From positions 1 through 64,000 of the IMG/VR virus record IMGVR_UViG_3300022602_000029: 64,000 nt of DNA. The stretch is one strand, 5' to 3'. Of the stretch, positions 29,501 through 38,572 are shown one piece after another. The position numbers and the translations under genes are program-made. The notes under the pieces are model-generated. The model had not been told where the DNA came from and did no database searches. It saw only the letters and a program-made list of their open reading frames with translations. Source of the DNA: a virus. Numbering within the stretch: position 1 is the stretch's first letter; each line of letters opens with the position of its first letter.

Positions 29501-32500
29501 CCTATGGAGTCCATAATATAGCGTTTGGACAGGCAGCAGGCTATTCTTTAACGACCGGTAGTAGCAACTTCGCCGCGGGATATACTGCTCTTAACAACTT
29601 AACTACTGGTTGTTCAAACATAGCCATAGGTATGCGAGCCTTATTCTGCAGTACCTATGGTGGCGGAAACTTTGGAGCCGGTGGCTACACTCTGTTTAAT
29701 AACACCACTGGCTGTAACAACACAGCTATAGGTTGCTATGCTGGCTGCGGATATACCGTTAATGGAGGTAATAACAACGTAGCGATAGGTTATCAAGCAT
29801 TGTATTGCAATACCGTGTCTAATAACATAGCTATAGGCTATAGGAGCATGTTCGCCAACACCTACGGAGCGCAAAACATAGCCCTAGGAAGCCAGACATT
29901 GGCTAGTAATATCAGCGGAACTACAAACATAGCCATAGGCTGTAACTCACTACAATTCAATACCGGCGGTAGTTGTAACGTGGCACTAGGTTATGGATCT
30001 CTACGATTTAATACCACAGGTTCCGGAAACTTCGCAGTGGGCTGTAATGCTTTATATTCTAACACCGGCGGTAGCGGTAACACGGCCATCGGAACTGGCG
30101 CTTTAGGCTCCAATGTTATAGGAGGAAGTAATTTCGCTGCTGGTCAGGGCTCATTAGGCAGCAATATCAGTGGCTGTAATAACGTGGCCATCGGCCAGAA
30201 CGCATTAGGCAAGAACTATTGTAATCATAATTTCGCCGCTGGCTATCAGGCCATGTATAATAACACCGGAGGTAGTGGTAATACCGCTATCGGTTGTTTC
30301 GCATTAAATGCCAATACTTATGGCGTCATGAACATAGGTATCGGTAATAGCGCACTGGTGAAAAACACCACAGGTAACTGGAACATAGCCTTAGGTAATA
30401 ACAGTTTATACTATAACACAGGTGGATGTAACAACTTTGCCGCAGGATGCCTAGCATTGTTCTGTAACACTACAGGTAACAACAATATAGCTGTAGGTAA
30501 TAATGCGCTTTATGGCAATAGCGGAGGTATGATGAACGTGGCCCTAGGGTGTTTTGCCTTGCAGGCCAATACTACAGGTAGCAATAACTTCGCTGTTGGT
30601 TATGCTACATTATACCGCAACACTATAGGTAATAATAATGTCGCCATAGGTTCGGCCTCGCTATATGGTAATCAGACGGGCTGTAGCAATATCGCTATTG
30701 GTCCCAATGCTCTAAGATGTAACACGTCGGGCAGTCATAATATAGCATTAGGCTGTGCGGCCATGCTGTGTAATACCTGTGGCTACAACAACGTAGCTAT
30801 AGGACAGAACGCATTAATATGTAATACTACAGGAAACCAAAACGTTGCGCTGGGGCAGAATACCTTATATTTTAATACCGGTGGTAGCTACAATATGGCC
30901 ATAGGTAGCTGTGCCCTTTTCAGAAATATATGTGGTAGTAATAATATGGCCATGGGTATATATACCTTAGCCAGCAATACCTATGGAAGTTACAACGTTG
31001 GTATCGGTGACTGTGTGTTAACTAAAAATACAGCAGGTGTTTATAACTTCGCATTTGGCCACGGTGCCATGTATGGTAATACCTACGGTAGTTATAATGT
31101 TTCGTTGGGAGGAAGAGGATTATGCTGTAACCTAAGCGGTTGTTATAACATAGCATTGGGATATAATTCTTTAGCACAGAATACTGCTGGTAACTGTAAC
31201 ATAGCATTCGGAGTGTGTAGTTTATTCGCTAATACTACCGGTGTTAACAACTTTGCCGCAGGTGCCGGCGCACTAACTAGCAATACCACAGGTTGCGGAA
31301 ATACAGCTATAGGCTGTGCCGCACTTTGCAATCACACAACCGGTATAAACAACTTCGCTGTAGGCGGAGGAGCCATGAAGAATGTTACCTATGGTGCCAA
31401 CAACACAGCATTTGGATTCTTTTCGTTATATTGTAGCCTAATCGGTTCCAACAATACTGCTATCGGTTGCGCATCAATGCAGTATAACACAGGTAGCCAA
31501 AATATTGCGGTCGGGGCTTATACACTAAGAGGAGCCAATGGCGCCTGCAACTGCGGAGGTTGCAACATCGCGATGGGCTATAGTTCGATGTCTTGTAATA
31601 CATACGGAAGCACTAACGTGGCATTAGGTTTTCAGACATTGAATTGTAATATCAGCGGTAGCAATAACGTAGCTATCGGCTCCAATGCCATGACCTGTAA
31701 TATAGCCGGTTACAATAACATCGCTATAGGTAACCTGCCGTTGGTTTCTAACACAGGCGGTACCTACAACGTGGCGCTAGGTGCGAGGAGCATGTACGGT
31801 AATACTACTGGTAGTGGAAATATAGCTATTGGCTGCCAGTCACTGTGCGCCAATACGGTAGGTGGTTCTAACATCGCGCTAGGTGGTCAGGCCATGTTCT
31901 GTAACATCAGCGGCGTAAACAATGTGGCCATTGGCCAGAGTGCTCTTTACAGCAACACCATAGGCTGTAACAATCTAGCTATCGGACTATTTTCTCTTTG
32001 TGGCAATACCAATGGTGTGCATAATGTTGCGTTAGGACGAGAAACTCTATACTACAACACAGCTGGTAACTTTAATACTGCTATCGGTTATTGCTCACTT
32101 TATAACAATACAGTAGGCACTAGTAACATAGCTATCGGCTGCCAGACGCTTGTTAGCAATACCGCCGGAAATTATAATCTAGCGATGGGAGTCAACGCAC
32201 TATGCTCTAATACATATGGTTTAAATAACATAGCTTTAGGTTACACTGCGTTATCAAAAAATACCACTGGCGGTCAAAATATTGCTATTGGATGCCAGAA
32301 TTTGTTTGCCAACACTGTCGGCGGGCAGAATATCGCTATGGGTAGTAACGCTATGTTCTTCAATACATCGGGCTGTTGCAATATTGCTATAGGTAGCGCC
32401 GCATTATATGGCAACACAGGAGGTAGTGATAATACTGCTATCGGCCAAGGCGCACTACAGAAAAATGCCACAGGTTGCCATAACGTAGCGATTGGCTATG

Positions 32501-35172
32501 CAACATTAAACGTTTCTACTGGTACTGTATGTAATATAGCTATTGGCTTCCAAGCCATGCGCTACAACACATATGGTAATTGTAACATCGCTGTTGGTAT
32601 AAATGCCTTATTACGTAATACATGCGGTTGTTTAAACATAGCACTTGGTACGAAAGCCTTATATGGTAATGTGTGCGGCTGTAATAACTTTGCTGTAGGG
32701 TACGGAACATTACGTAACAACACAGGTGGTAGTTACAATATCGCTATGGGCTTTGTATCCATGTGTGCGAACACCACCGGTGTCAACAATATCGCCTTAG
32801 GAGCATGCACTTTATATAACAACACCTACGGTTGCAATAATATAGCGATAGGATTGTCGGCTTTATGCTACAACACTACTGGTATCAATAACTTCGCCGC
32901 TGGTTACCAAGCTCTAACAGCCAACACGAGCGGTAACAATAACATAGCTATAGGCTTGTGCGCACTATCAGCCAACACAACAGGTAATGCCAACGTAGCA
33001 CTGGGATGGTTATCTCTATGTAAAAACACTACTGGACAGAATAACGTGGCTATAGGCTGCAATACCTTGCTATACAATACCTATGGATACAACAACTTTG
33101 CTTCCGGTATCAATGCCATGCGTTGTAATACTACAGGTTGTAATAACGTGGCCATAGGTCCTGGTTCGATGCAGTTAAACTGCTGCGGATCTTTTAATAT
33201 AGCAATAGGTCCATCTACCTTGTATTGTAATACCGCAGGTAACTACAATGTAGCATTAGGTGGCAACGCACTCTATGGAAATATTACTGGGTCATTTAAT
33301 ACTGCTATAGGACTAAATGCGTCTTACTGTAATCAATTTGGCAGTGGTAACTTTGCCGCAGGTTTCTGTGCTCTTTACAATAATACAGCCAGCGGCAACC
33401 TAGCTATAGGCTGTACGGCTATGGTCTTTAACACCACTGGACAGAATAACATAGCACTAGGTACGAATTCTCTCTGTGCTAATACCAGCGGTTGCACTAA
33501 CGTAGCGGTAGGATATGGAGCTTTAAGGCAAAATACCACAGGCAACGCTAACGTAGCGATAGGTGTATATACACTGGCATGCAATACCACTGGCTTTTGT
33601 AATATCGCTATAGGAGCCTCCGCCCTAGTCAATAATACGGCTGGCTGTATCAACATCGCAATCGGTGGTGGCGCTATGGGCGCTAATACTACCGGTTATG
33701 GCAATAATGCCATAGGAGTTACAGCACTAGGCTGTAATCAAGGAGGAAACTTTAACGTAGCGATAGGCCAACGTGCCGCTTGGGCCAACACCGCAGGTAG
33801 CCAGAACGTAGCTATAGGACAATGTAGTCTACGCTGTAATAGTCTAGGAAGCAATAACCTAGCTATCGGTGGACAGGCTACGATGTGTCTCAGCACAGGC
33901 TCTTGTAATATAGGTATAGGTTCATTCGCTGGATGTGCTATCACTAGCGGTAACGGCAATGTGGTAATAGGCGGCTATGGCGGAACTAACATGGCTACCA
34001 ATAATAACACAGTGGTCATAGCCGATGGTTCTGGTAATGTCAAGATGGGATTCACCAATACCGGAGCTATGTTTGTAGGTTCGAATATAACCAACTTTGG
34101 TGCCAATGGACAGGTACTGCAGTCATTTGGTCCTGGAGGAGCTCCTAACTGGGTCAATCCTGCCAGCATCACAGTAGGTACTGGAACCAACGCACTCAAC
34201 AGCTATGTTACTGATGATAGTTCAACAGGCAATCCAGAATATGTAACATTCGTCAATGCTACCAATACCTATACGGGTATAAGGTCTAACAGCGCCAGTT
34301 TTACTTACCAACCTAATATAGGACTGTTGACTACCCCGTCGCACTACATATCTAGCACAGCGGCCAACACAGCTACTACATCTAGCAACGCACTTTATGT
34401 AGCAGGTGGTTCATATCTAAACAGCCTGTTTGTATTGAATCAGGCCACATTTGCTGGACCAGTGGTATTCAACGGAACTGCTACCTATGTCTACAGTACT
34501 AATACAGTATATACAGATAACATCATAGAACTACATGCTCCTCCCGGAGGAGTCAACGGTCAATGGGCCTATGATGATGGCAAGGACATCGGACTCCGCT
34601 TCCATTATTTCAATAGATCTGTTAGCACTGACAGCAATGCCGCACTGGTATTGGCCGACGATAGCCAATATCTAGAATTCTACAATCTAGGTGCTGAATC
34701 TAATACAGGAACGTTCAGCGCAGGAACACCTACCTACGGAACATTCAAGACCGGTGCTATCAAGCTGGTAGGAGGCACTACCGCCACTTCTATCACTAGT
34801 GGTGATATGACAGTAACGGGAGGCGTAGGCATAGGAAAGAGTCTCTATGTCAATGGTAGCATCGTATTAAATGGATCTCCATTAACTACCCAGCAGGCCA
34901 TGACCACCTATGAGTTTACGTCAGGCATCAATTCATCTACATTCACTATCAGCGGTGGATATACCGTAGGACAGATAGAAGTTTACAGTAATGGTGTTTT
35001 AATGAACTCGGGAGATTATGTAGCCACTAACGGCAGCACGGTGGTGTTTAATGCTCCGAGAAATCAAGGAGATCTAATATCAGTAAGAACTTTCGTATCG
35101 TTTGGAGTAGCAGGTAGCACCATGGCCAGCAAGTCCTACGCAACAGCCATAGCCACCGCTATGGGCATGTAA
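26551..35172 (+). CDS. giant Cys-rich repeat fibre/adhesin protein
   Basis: 2873 aa; MAKLLGGT.IYG N-terminus; long array of 17-aa N-x-A-x-G-x-x-A/S-L-x-x-N-T-x-G repeats (YadA-head/beta-roll-like); C-terminal GYTVGQIEVYSNGVL...DYVATNG module and ATAIATAMGM tail. Confidence 0.8.
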   Translation: MAKLLGGTIIYGTGTIQSTLYVGGILNTGTAVSNSTITGALQVVGGVGVGGNINAGGYITAQSGFYAVNTYTGGYSDGIVVDYVNGTIGNGRISVGPQDNITFYNGGPATTATMQISSSGTVYVPTGITSNSTLTGSLVVAGGVGIGGNLYVGGIIAGSISSSTNISGGQAGYIPIQSAPNATSFIGTGSVGYVLQMQINNTATWVSTGSLGISGGGGGSLNAYCSYYVTSPTVSTSGVNNIAIGCCALSNNTTGCNNLALGYGSLRLNTTGTSNFAVGYRTLAGNTGGFNNIAIGCCALLGNTFGSSNFAVGSQTLGKNTYGCNNTAIGSGALANNTTGSQNFAAGPNALGNNTFGNNNTAIGQGALLANTTGSNNFAVGYAALRANTGGGNNLALGTWAMTNSITGQNNIALGYQSMSFYVAGCNNIALGVNSLYGLAGTYGSNNVAIGGNTMRANTTGSNNTAIGYGSLKSNVTGCNNVAIGYYGMHNNISGQANTAIGYQTLYNNTGGNFNTAIGCYALFCNTTGCYNTAIGPSALYFNTGSGNTAIGCLALNLNTYGCMNIAIGNSAMRCNLTGCNNIAFGNNSMCGNLNGSHNFAAGCQSLNNNTAGNYNTAIGVNALFCNTTGSNNTALGNSALYLNCTGSNNIAIGSSALVKNTYGNSNIALGYQSLCANTTGQNNIAMGTCALVANNTGSFNVAIGCNALYGNTSGNYNNAVGVFSLRNSTTGIANFAGGYAALSSNSSGSYNTAIGHCSMAYNNTGNCNIALGPYSLYGIVTGCNNFAAGAYALFSNTGGCANVAIGLSALNKNTTGYGNVGIGANSGYNNTSGCDNISVGICGLYCNISGSHNIAIGACALYANTGTNNVALGFTALRNNSWGYGNIAVSRGALCHNTYGQNNIGLGSLSLYCNTVGCSNFAAGVCALYSNTAGNSNIAIGASALLYNTTGYNNIAMGCLSLFSNTSGYNNIAMGYQALYLNTYGVHNIAFGQAAGYSLTTGSSNFAAGYTALNNLTTGCSNIAIGMRALFCSTYGGGNFGAGGYTLFNNTTGCNNTAIGCYAGCGYTVNGGNNNVAIGYQALYCNTVSNNIAIGYRSMFANTYGAQNIALGSQTLASNISGTTNIAIGCNSLQFNTGGSCNVALGYGSLRFNTTGSGNFAVGCNALYSNTGGSGNTAIGTGALGSNVIGGSNFAAGQGSLGSNISGCNNVAIGQNALGKNYCNHNFAAGYQAMYNNTGGSGNTAIGCFALNANTYGVMNIGIGNSALVKNTTGNWNIALGNNSLYYNTGGCNNFAAGCLALFCNTTGNNNIAVGNNALYGNSGGMMNVALGCFALQANTTGSNNFAVGYATLYRNTIGNNNVAIGSASLYGNQTGCSNIAIGPNALRCNTSGSHNIALGCAAMLCNTCGYNNVAIGQNALICNTTGNQNVALGQNTLYFNTGGSYNMAIGSCALFRNICGSNNMAMGIYTLASNTYGSYNVGIGDCVLTKNTAGVYNFAFGHGAMYGNTYGSYNVSLGGRGLCCNLSGCYNIALGYNSLAQNTAGNCNIAFGVCSLFANTTGVNNFAAGAGALTSNTTGCGNTAIGCAALCNHTTGINNFAVGGGAMKNVTYGANNTAFGFFSLYCSLIGSNNTAIGCASMQYNTGSQNIAVGAYTLRGANGACNCGGCNIAMGYSSMSCNTYGSTNVALGFQTLNCNISGSNNVAIGSNAMTCNIAGYNNIAIGNLPLVSNTGGTYNVALGARSMYGNTTGSGNIAIGCQSLCANTVGGSNIALGGQAMFCNISGVNNVAIGQSALYSNTIGCNNLAIGLFSLCGNTNGVHNVALGRETLYYNTAGNFNTAIGYCSLYNNTVGTSNIAIGCQTLVSNTAGNYNLAMGVNALCSNTYGLNNIALGYTALSKNTTGGQNIAIGCQNLFANTVGGQNIAMGSNAMFFNTSGCCNIAIGSAALYGNTGGSDNTAIGQGALQKNATGCHNVAIGYATLNVSTGTVCNIAIGFQAMRYNTYGNCNIAVGINALLRNTCGCLNIALGTKALYGNVCGCNNFAVGYGTLRNNTGGSYNIAMGFVSMCANTTGVNNIALGACTLYNNTYGCNNIAIGLSALCYNTTGINNFAAGYQALTANTSGNNNIAIGLCALSANTTGNANVALGWLSLCKNTTGQNNVAIGCNTLLYNTYGYNNFASGINAMRCNTTGCNNVAIGPGSMQLNCCGSFNIAIGPSTLYCNTAGNYNVALGGNALYGNITGSFNTAIGLNASYCNQFGSGNFAAGFCALYNNTASGNLAIGCTAMVFNTTGQNNIALGTNSLCANTSGCTNVAVGYGALRQNTTGNANVAIGVYTLACNTTGFCNIAIGASALVNNTAGCINIAIGGGAMGANTTGYGNNAIGVTALGCNQGGNFNVAIGQRAAWANTAGSQNVAIGQCSLRCNSLGSNNLAIGGQATMCLSTGSCNIGIGSFAGCAITSGNGNVVIGGYGGTNMATNNNTVVIADGSGNVKMGFTNTGAMFVGSNITNFGANGQVLQSFGPGGAPNWVNPASITVGTGTNALNSYVTDDSSTGNPEYVTFVNATNTYTGIRSNSASFTYQPNIGLLTTPSHYISSTAANTATTSSNALYVAGGSYLNSLFVLNQATFAGPVVFNGTATYVYSTNTVYTDNIIELHAPPGGVNGQWAYDDGKDIGLRFHYFNRSVSTDSNAALVLADDSQYLEFYNLGAESNTGTFSAGTPTYGTFKTGAIKLVGGTTATSITSGDMTVTGGVGIGKSLYVNGSIVLNGSPLTTQQAMTTYEFTSGINSSTFTISGGYTVGQIEVYSNGVLMNSGDYVATNGSTVVFNAPRNQGDLISVRTFVSFGVAGSTMASKSYATAIATAMGM
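27270..33960 (+). repeat. coding array of 51-nt / 17-aa units (roughly 130 units, estimated from length)
   Basis: Periodic AIG/AVG/ALG every 17 residues from N-cap SLNAYCSYYVTSP to C-cap GCAITSGNGNVVIGGYGG; boundaries approximate. Confidence 0.9.
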
Positions 35173-35183
35173 AGGAAAAACAA

Positions 35184-35543
35184 ATGACCACACCATCAAA
35201 TCCATTATCGCTACTGTTTAACAACAGTGGACAGGCTACATTCAATAATACTGTTACGGTCACTAGTATAGCTATCAGCAACAGCACCAATACAGGTGCT
35301 TTGATAGTAGCAGGTGGACACGCTGTTGGAGGAAATCTCTATGTGGGCAATACAGCCGCGATATTATCTCCTGCATTATCGCTTTCTACAGCATCAGGAG
35401 CGTTGACAGTACAAGGTGGTGTAGGAGTAGCTGACAGTATATACGCAGGTAATCGAGTAGGTTGGGGATCAACGACCGGCACTTCTGTAGCATATCAAGT
35501 ATATAATTCTGCAGTTGGCAGTATAGATTTATATTTTGGATAA
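35184..35543 (+). CDS. short fibre adapter, C-terminus YQVYNSAVGSIDLYFG
   Basis: 119 aa; two TGAL/SGAL repeats; TAATG overlap with the next gene. Confidence 0.75.
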   Translation: MTTPSNPLSLLFNNSGQATFNNTVTVTSIAISNSTNTGALIVAGGHAVGGNLYVGNTAAILSPALSLSTASGALTVQGGVGVADSIYAGNRVGWGSTTGTSVAYQVYNSAVGSIDLYFG

Positions 35544-37984
35544 TGGCAACACTAGCATCAAGAATAACATCTACAGGAACATATCAAGTCAGCGGTAGCT
35601 TTGATGAAGTTTCCTACAATCCTAATTCCACGGTTAAAGTAAACGTCCTGCCCTATAGCCAGTCATTGAAGCAGGGAAACTGGAGTTTTGGTAATTGCCA
35701 GGTATTTACCACAACCACAACGGTAGCACCGGATGGTACACTAACCGCCTACAAGGTAGTGGCTAATACAGGAACAGCAACGACTAACTACTATGGAAAT
35801 ACAAGTTTTATAGCCCCCTCGACTGGAACCTATCAGACTGTAATCAGCATTTATGCCAAACCGGCAGAACGCAATTCTTTGGCATTTTCATTCAGCACAG
35901 CGGGTTGGATCGTGTTCAATCTTGGTACTCAGCAGGTCACAAGTATCAGCACAGGTGCTATAGGCAGTGGTGCAGGACACGGAGGATTTGTATCAGGTAG
36001 CGTGACATCGGCTGCCAACGGATGGTACAGGGTCAGTGCTCTCACCACAGCAGAATATGTCAATCCATGGCAACCTGCCATGGCATCGGGGACAAACCTA
36101 TCTTTTATAGGAGACGGAGTTAGTGGTATATACCTATGGGGAGGTCAAGTAGAGCTTTCTTCAGCCGGTTTTCCTAGCGACTATGTTGCCACTACGGCAT
36201 CTGCGGCCTTGTTGAATCCGCCTATCACTAAAACTAATTCTTCTGGCATCGTTTACGCTGGTGGCGGATTCGATGAAGTTACTTATAATCCTACTAGCGG
36301 AGTTACTAAAAACCTATTGTTGTACAGCCAAGATTTTACGCAAACTTCTGCTTGGTCTGCACAGATTGCGGTTACACTAACTAAGACCAATGCCGTTACC
36401 GCTCCAGATGGTAGCAATACTGCTATACAATATTATCTTAGTGCTCCAAGTGGCAGGGGAGTAGATCAACATATAAACTTTGTTACTGGTATTACTTATA
36501 CGTTTAGTATATACCTAAATGCTATACAAAACACTACGTATTATCTATCGCATGTCGACAATTCGACGACCGTTATAACAGGTCAATCAGGAGCAATAAC
36601 CACTGGCACCGGTTGGAATAGAGTTAGTTTTACATTTACAGCTACCACAGCAACTTCTTTTATCCAGTTTGGGGATTTTTCAGGGAATACCGGTAATATG
36701 TTTTACTGTTGGGGATCACAACTAGAAATAGGAACTACTGCTACGAGTTATGTCGCTACCTCCTCCACTACAATACCTGTAAAATCTTTCGTGCAGAGAA
36801 CAGATAATCAAGGCAATGTCTATGTAGCTGACAAGTTTGACGAAGTCACAGGAAATCTTTTTACATGGACATTTACAGCGACTACAGCATTTCTTCCTAC
36901 TCTAACCGGATGGGGTGGTATACAGAGTTCTCTCAAAGGGGGGCTAGCGGATGGCAATTTATTTGATGGGTATAGTATGTGGGGATCTATTTACACTTCT
37001 AATCCCTATATTACAGCGATCTTTCCTACTACCTATAACGTTACAAATATATATGTAGGAGCCGCTTATCCAAATAGTCCCGGTTATTGGGGTGTATCTT
37101 ACACTAACAACGGAACACTACAAAGTAGCATGGATGGTATTAACTGGACCACATTAACGAATATTTCAGGAGTGACTCTTGGGAAGGTATCAGTGTTTCC
37201 AGTCAACACCACAGCTAACTATATTAGGGCAGTAGCATTAAGCGGTGGCGCATATCTTGCTGTTTCTGAATTTTACTTTGATGCTTCTTGGTACTTTAAT
37301 ACAGGAGTAAAACCAGTTAATACCAATGGCTTGGTCGGATATTGGAGCGCAAACTCGTCAAACAGTTATCCGGGAACTGGTACGATATGGTATGATATCT
37401 CGGGACAGAGCAATAATGCCACACTGGTTGGAACTTATAGTTATAATACCGGTACCAGTTTTAATATGTTAGGCACAGGATATGCTACTATATCTAGTAA
37501 AGTAGTTAATGGACTAGCGTCTAGTGCTACAGAATTTTCAGTGGCGGTATGGTTTAACTATACCAGCACAGCAACTTATACGTCTATGTTTGAAAAACAA
37601 AATGGACCTGGCGGAGGGATACCTCGTATGGATTTAGGATATATTGGGGGAGGAACAAACACACTGTACTGGACTACCTGGAATCAACCGACTGGAGTAA
37701 CTAATGATATGACCTATAGCACCGGTATCAATTCGGGAACATGGTATCACACGGTACTAACCTGTAGCAGTTCTACTTTTAAAATTGGTTACTTGAACGG
37801 ACAAAAGGTTGCGTCTGTAGCAGTTACAGCCAACTGGCCGGATGCTACTCAACCGTTTGGAATTGGTGGATACTCTAGAATAATGAACGGGCAAATAGGA
37901 GAAACTGAAATATATAATCGATCTTTATCGGCGGCAGAAGTTCTAGATCTCTTTAACTCTACTCGCTCTAAATACGGGTTATAA
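35543..37984 (+). CDS. multi-domain lectin-like receptor-binding protein (FDEV linkers)
   Basis: 813 aa; three FDEV motifs, two CBM-like modules, a discoidin/F5/8-like segment (GTLQSSMDGINWTTL...TTANYIRAV) and a C-terminal LamG-like domain (SYPGTGTIWYDISG...IYNRSLSAAEV). Confidence 0.75.
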   Translation: MATLASRITSTGTYQVSGSFDEVSYNPNSTVKVNVLPYSQSLKQGNWSFGNCQVFTTTTTVAPDGTLTAYKVVANTGTATTNYYGNTSFIAPSTGTYQTVISIYAKPAERNSLAFSFSTAGWIVFNLGTQQVTSISTGAIGSGAGHGGFVSGSVTSAANGWYRVSALTTAEYVNPWQPAMASGTNLSFIGDGVSGIYLWGGQVELSSAGFPSDYVATTASAALLNPPITKTNSSGIVYAGGGFDEVTYNPTSGVTKNLLLYSQDFTQTSAWSAQIAVTLTKTNAVTAPDGSNTAIQYYLSAPSGRGVDQHINFVTGITYTFSIYLNAIQNTTYYLSHVDNSTTVITGQSGAITTGTGWNRVSFTFTATTATSFIQFGDFSGNTGNMFYCWGSQLEIGTTATSYVATSSTTIPVKSFVQRTDNQGNVYVADKFDEVTGNLFTWTFTATTAFLPTLTGWGGIQSSLKGGLADGNLFDGYSMWGSIYTSNPYITAIFPTTYNVTNIYVGAAYPNSPGYWGVSYTNNGTLQSSMDGINWTTLTNISGVTLGKVSVFPVNTTANYIRAVALSGGAYLAVSEFYFDASWYFNTGVKPVNTNGLVGYWSANSSNSYPGTGTIWYDISGQSNNATLVGTYSYNTGTSFNMLGTGYATISSKVVNGLASSATEFSVAVWFNYTSTATYTSMFEKQNGPGGGIPRMDLGYIGGGTNTLYWTTWNQPTGVTNDMTYSTGINSGTWYHTVLTCSSSTFKIGYLNGQKVASVAVTANWPDATQPFGIGGYSRIMNGQIGETEIYNRSLSAAEVLDLFNSTRSKYGL

Positions 37985-37992
37985 TCTTAGAA

Positions 37993-37998
37993 TAAATA
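37993..37998 (+). promoter_or_regulatory. late promoter core (TAAATA)
   Basis: 7 nt upstream of the ATG at 38006; no SD. Confidence 0.65.
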
Positions 37999-38005
37999 CA
38001 ACACT

Positions 38006-38569
38006 ATGGCAAAACTACTCCCCGGCACACGAATTTATGGTACAGGTACCGTCGACAGCACCTTTTTTATCAATGGTACTGCTGTATCTACTTCAACTAA
38101 CACTGGGGCATTGATAGTAGCAGGCGGCGCCGCAGTTGGCTATAACTTATTTGTCGGTAGCCAAGCACTGATTGGGCAGTCTACCGTAACAATTACGGGT
38201 GTTGCAAGTGGATTTATAGCTAGTCCTGCGTTTATTCTCGGCGGGCAGACTACCGACAGTATGTATTTTAGACGTAACAGTAATGGTAACTATGCTCTAC
38301 AAACAAACAACGGGAACAACGCAGGTAATATAGCATTACAACCATATGGTGGACAGGTAGCTATTGGAACTAACGGAGTCTTACAAGCAAGTTCACCGAG
38401 TACAACTTCGACACAAACCGGTGCTCTAGTTGTCCAAGGCGGTATAGGAGTAGGAGATAGTGTTTATGTTGGTAACCGTGTAGGATTTGTTTCCACAGTT
38501 ACCAATGCCAGCGCGGTATATCAGATATATAATTCAATAACAAATAGTTTAGATACCGTGTTTGGATGA
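38006..38569 (+). CDS. short fibre adapter, N-terminus MAKLLPGTRIYG, C-terminus YQIYNSITNSLDTVFG
   Basis: 187 aa; shares its N-terminus with 26551 and 40841 and its C-terminus with 24265 and 35184. Confidence 0.75.
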   Translation: MAKLLPGTRIYGTGTVDSTFFINGTAVSTSTNTGALIVAGGAAVGYNLFVGSQALIGQSTVTITGVASGFIASPAFILGGQTTDSMYFRRNSNGNYALQTNNGNNAGNIALQPYGGQVAIGTNGVLQASSPSTTSTQTGALVVQGGIGVGDSVYVGNRVGFVSTVTNASAVYQIYNSITNSLDTVFG

Positions 38570-38572
38570 TCG

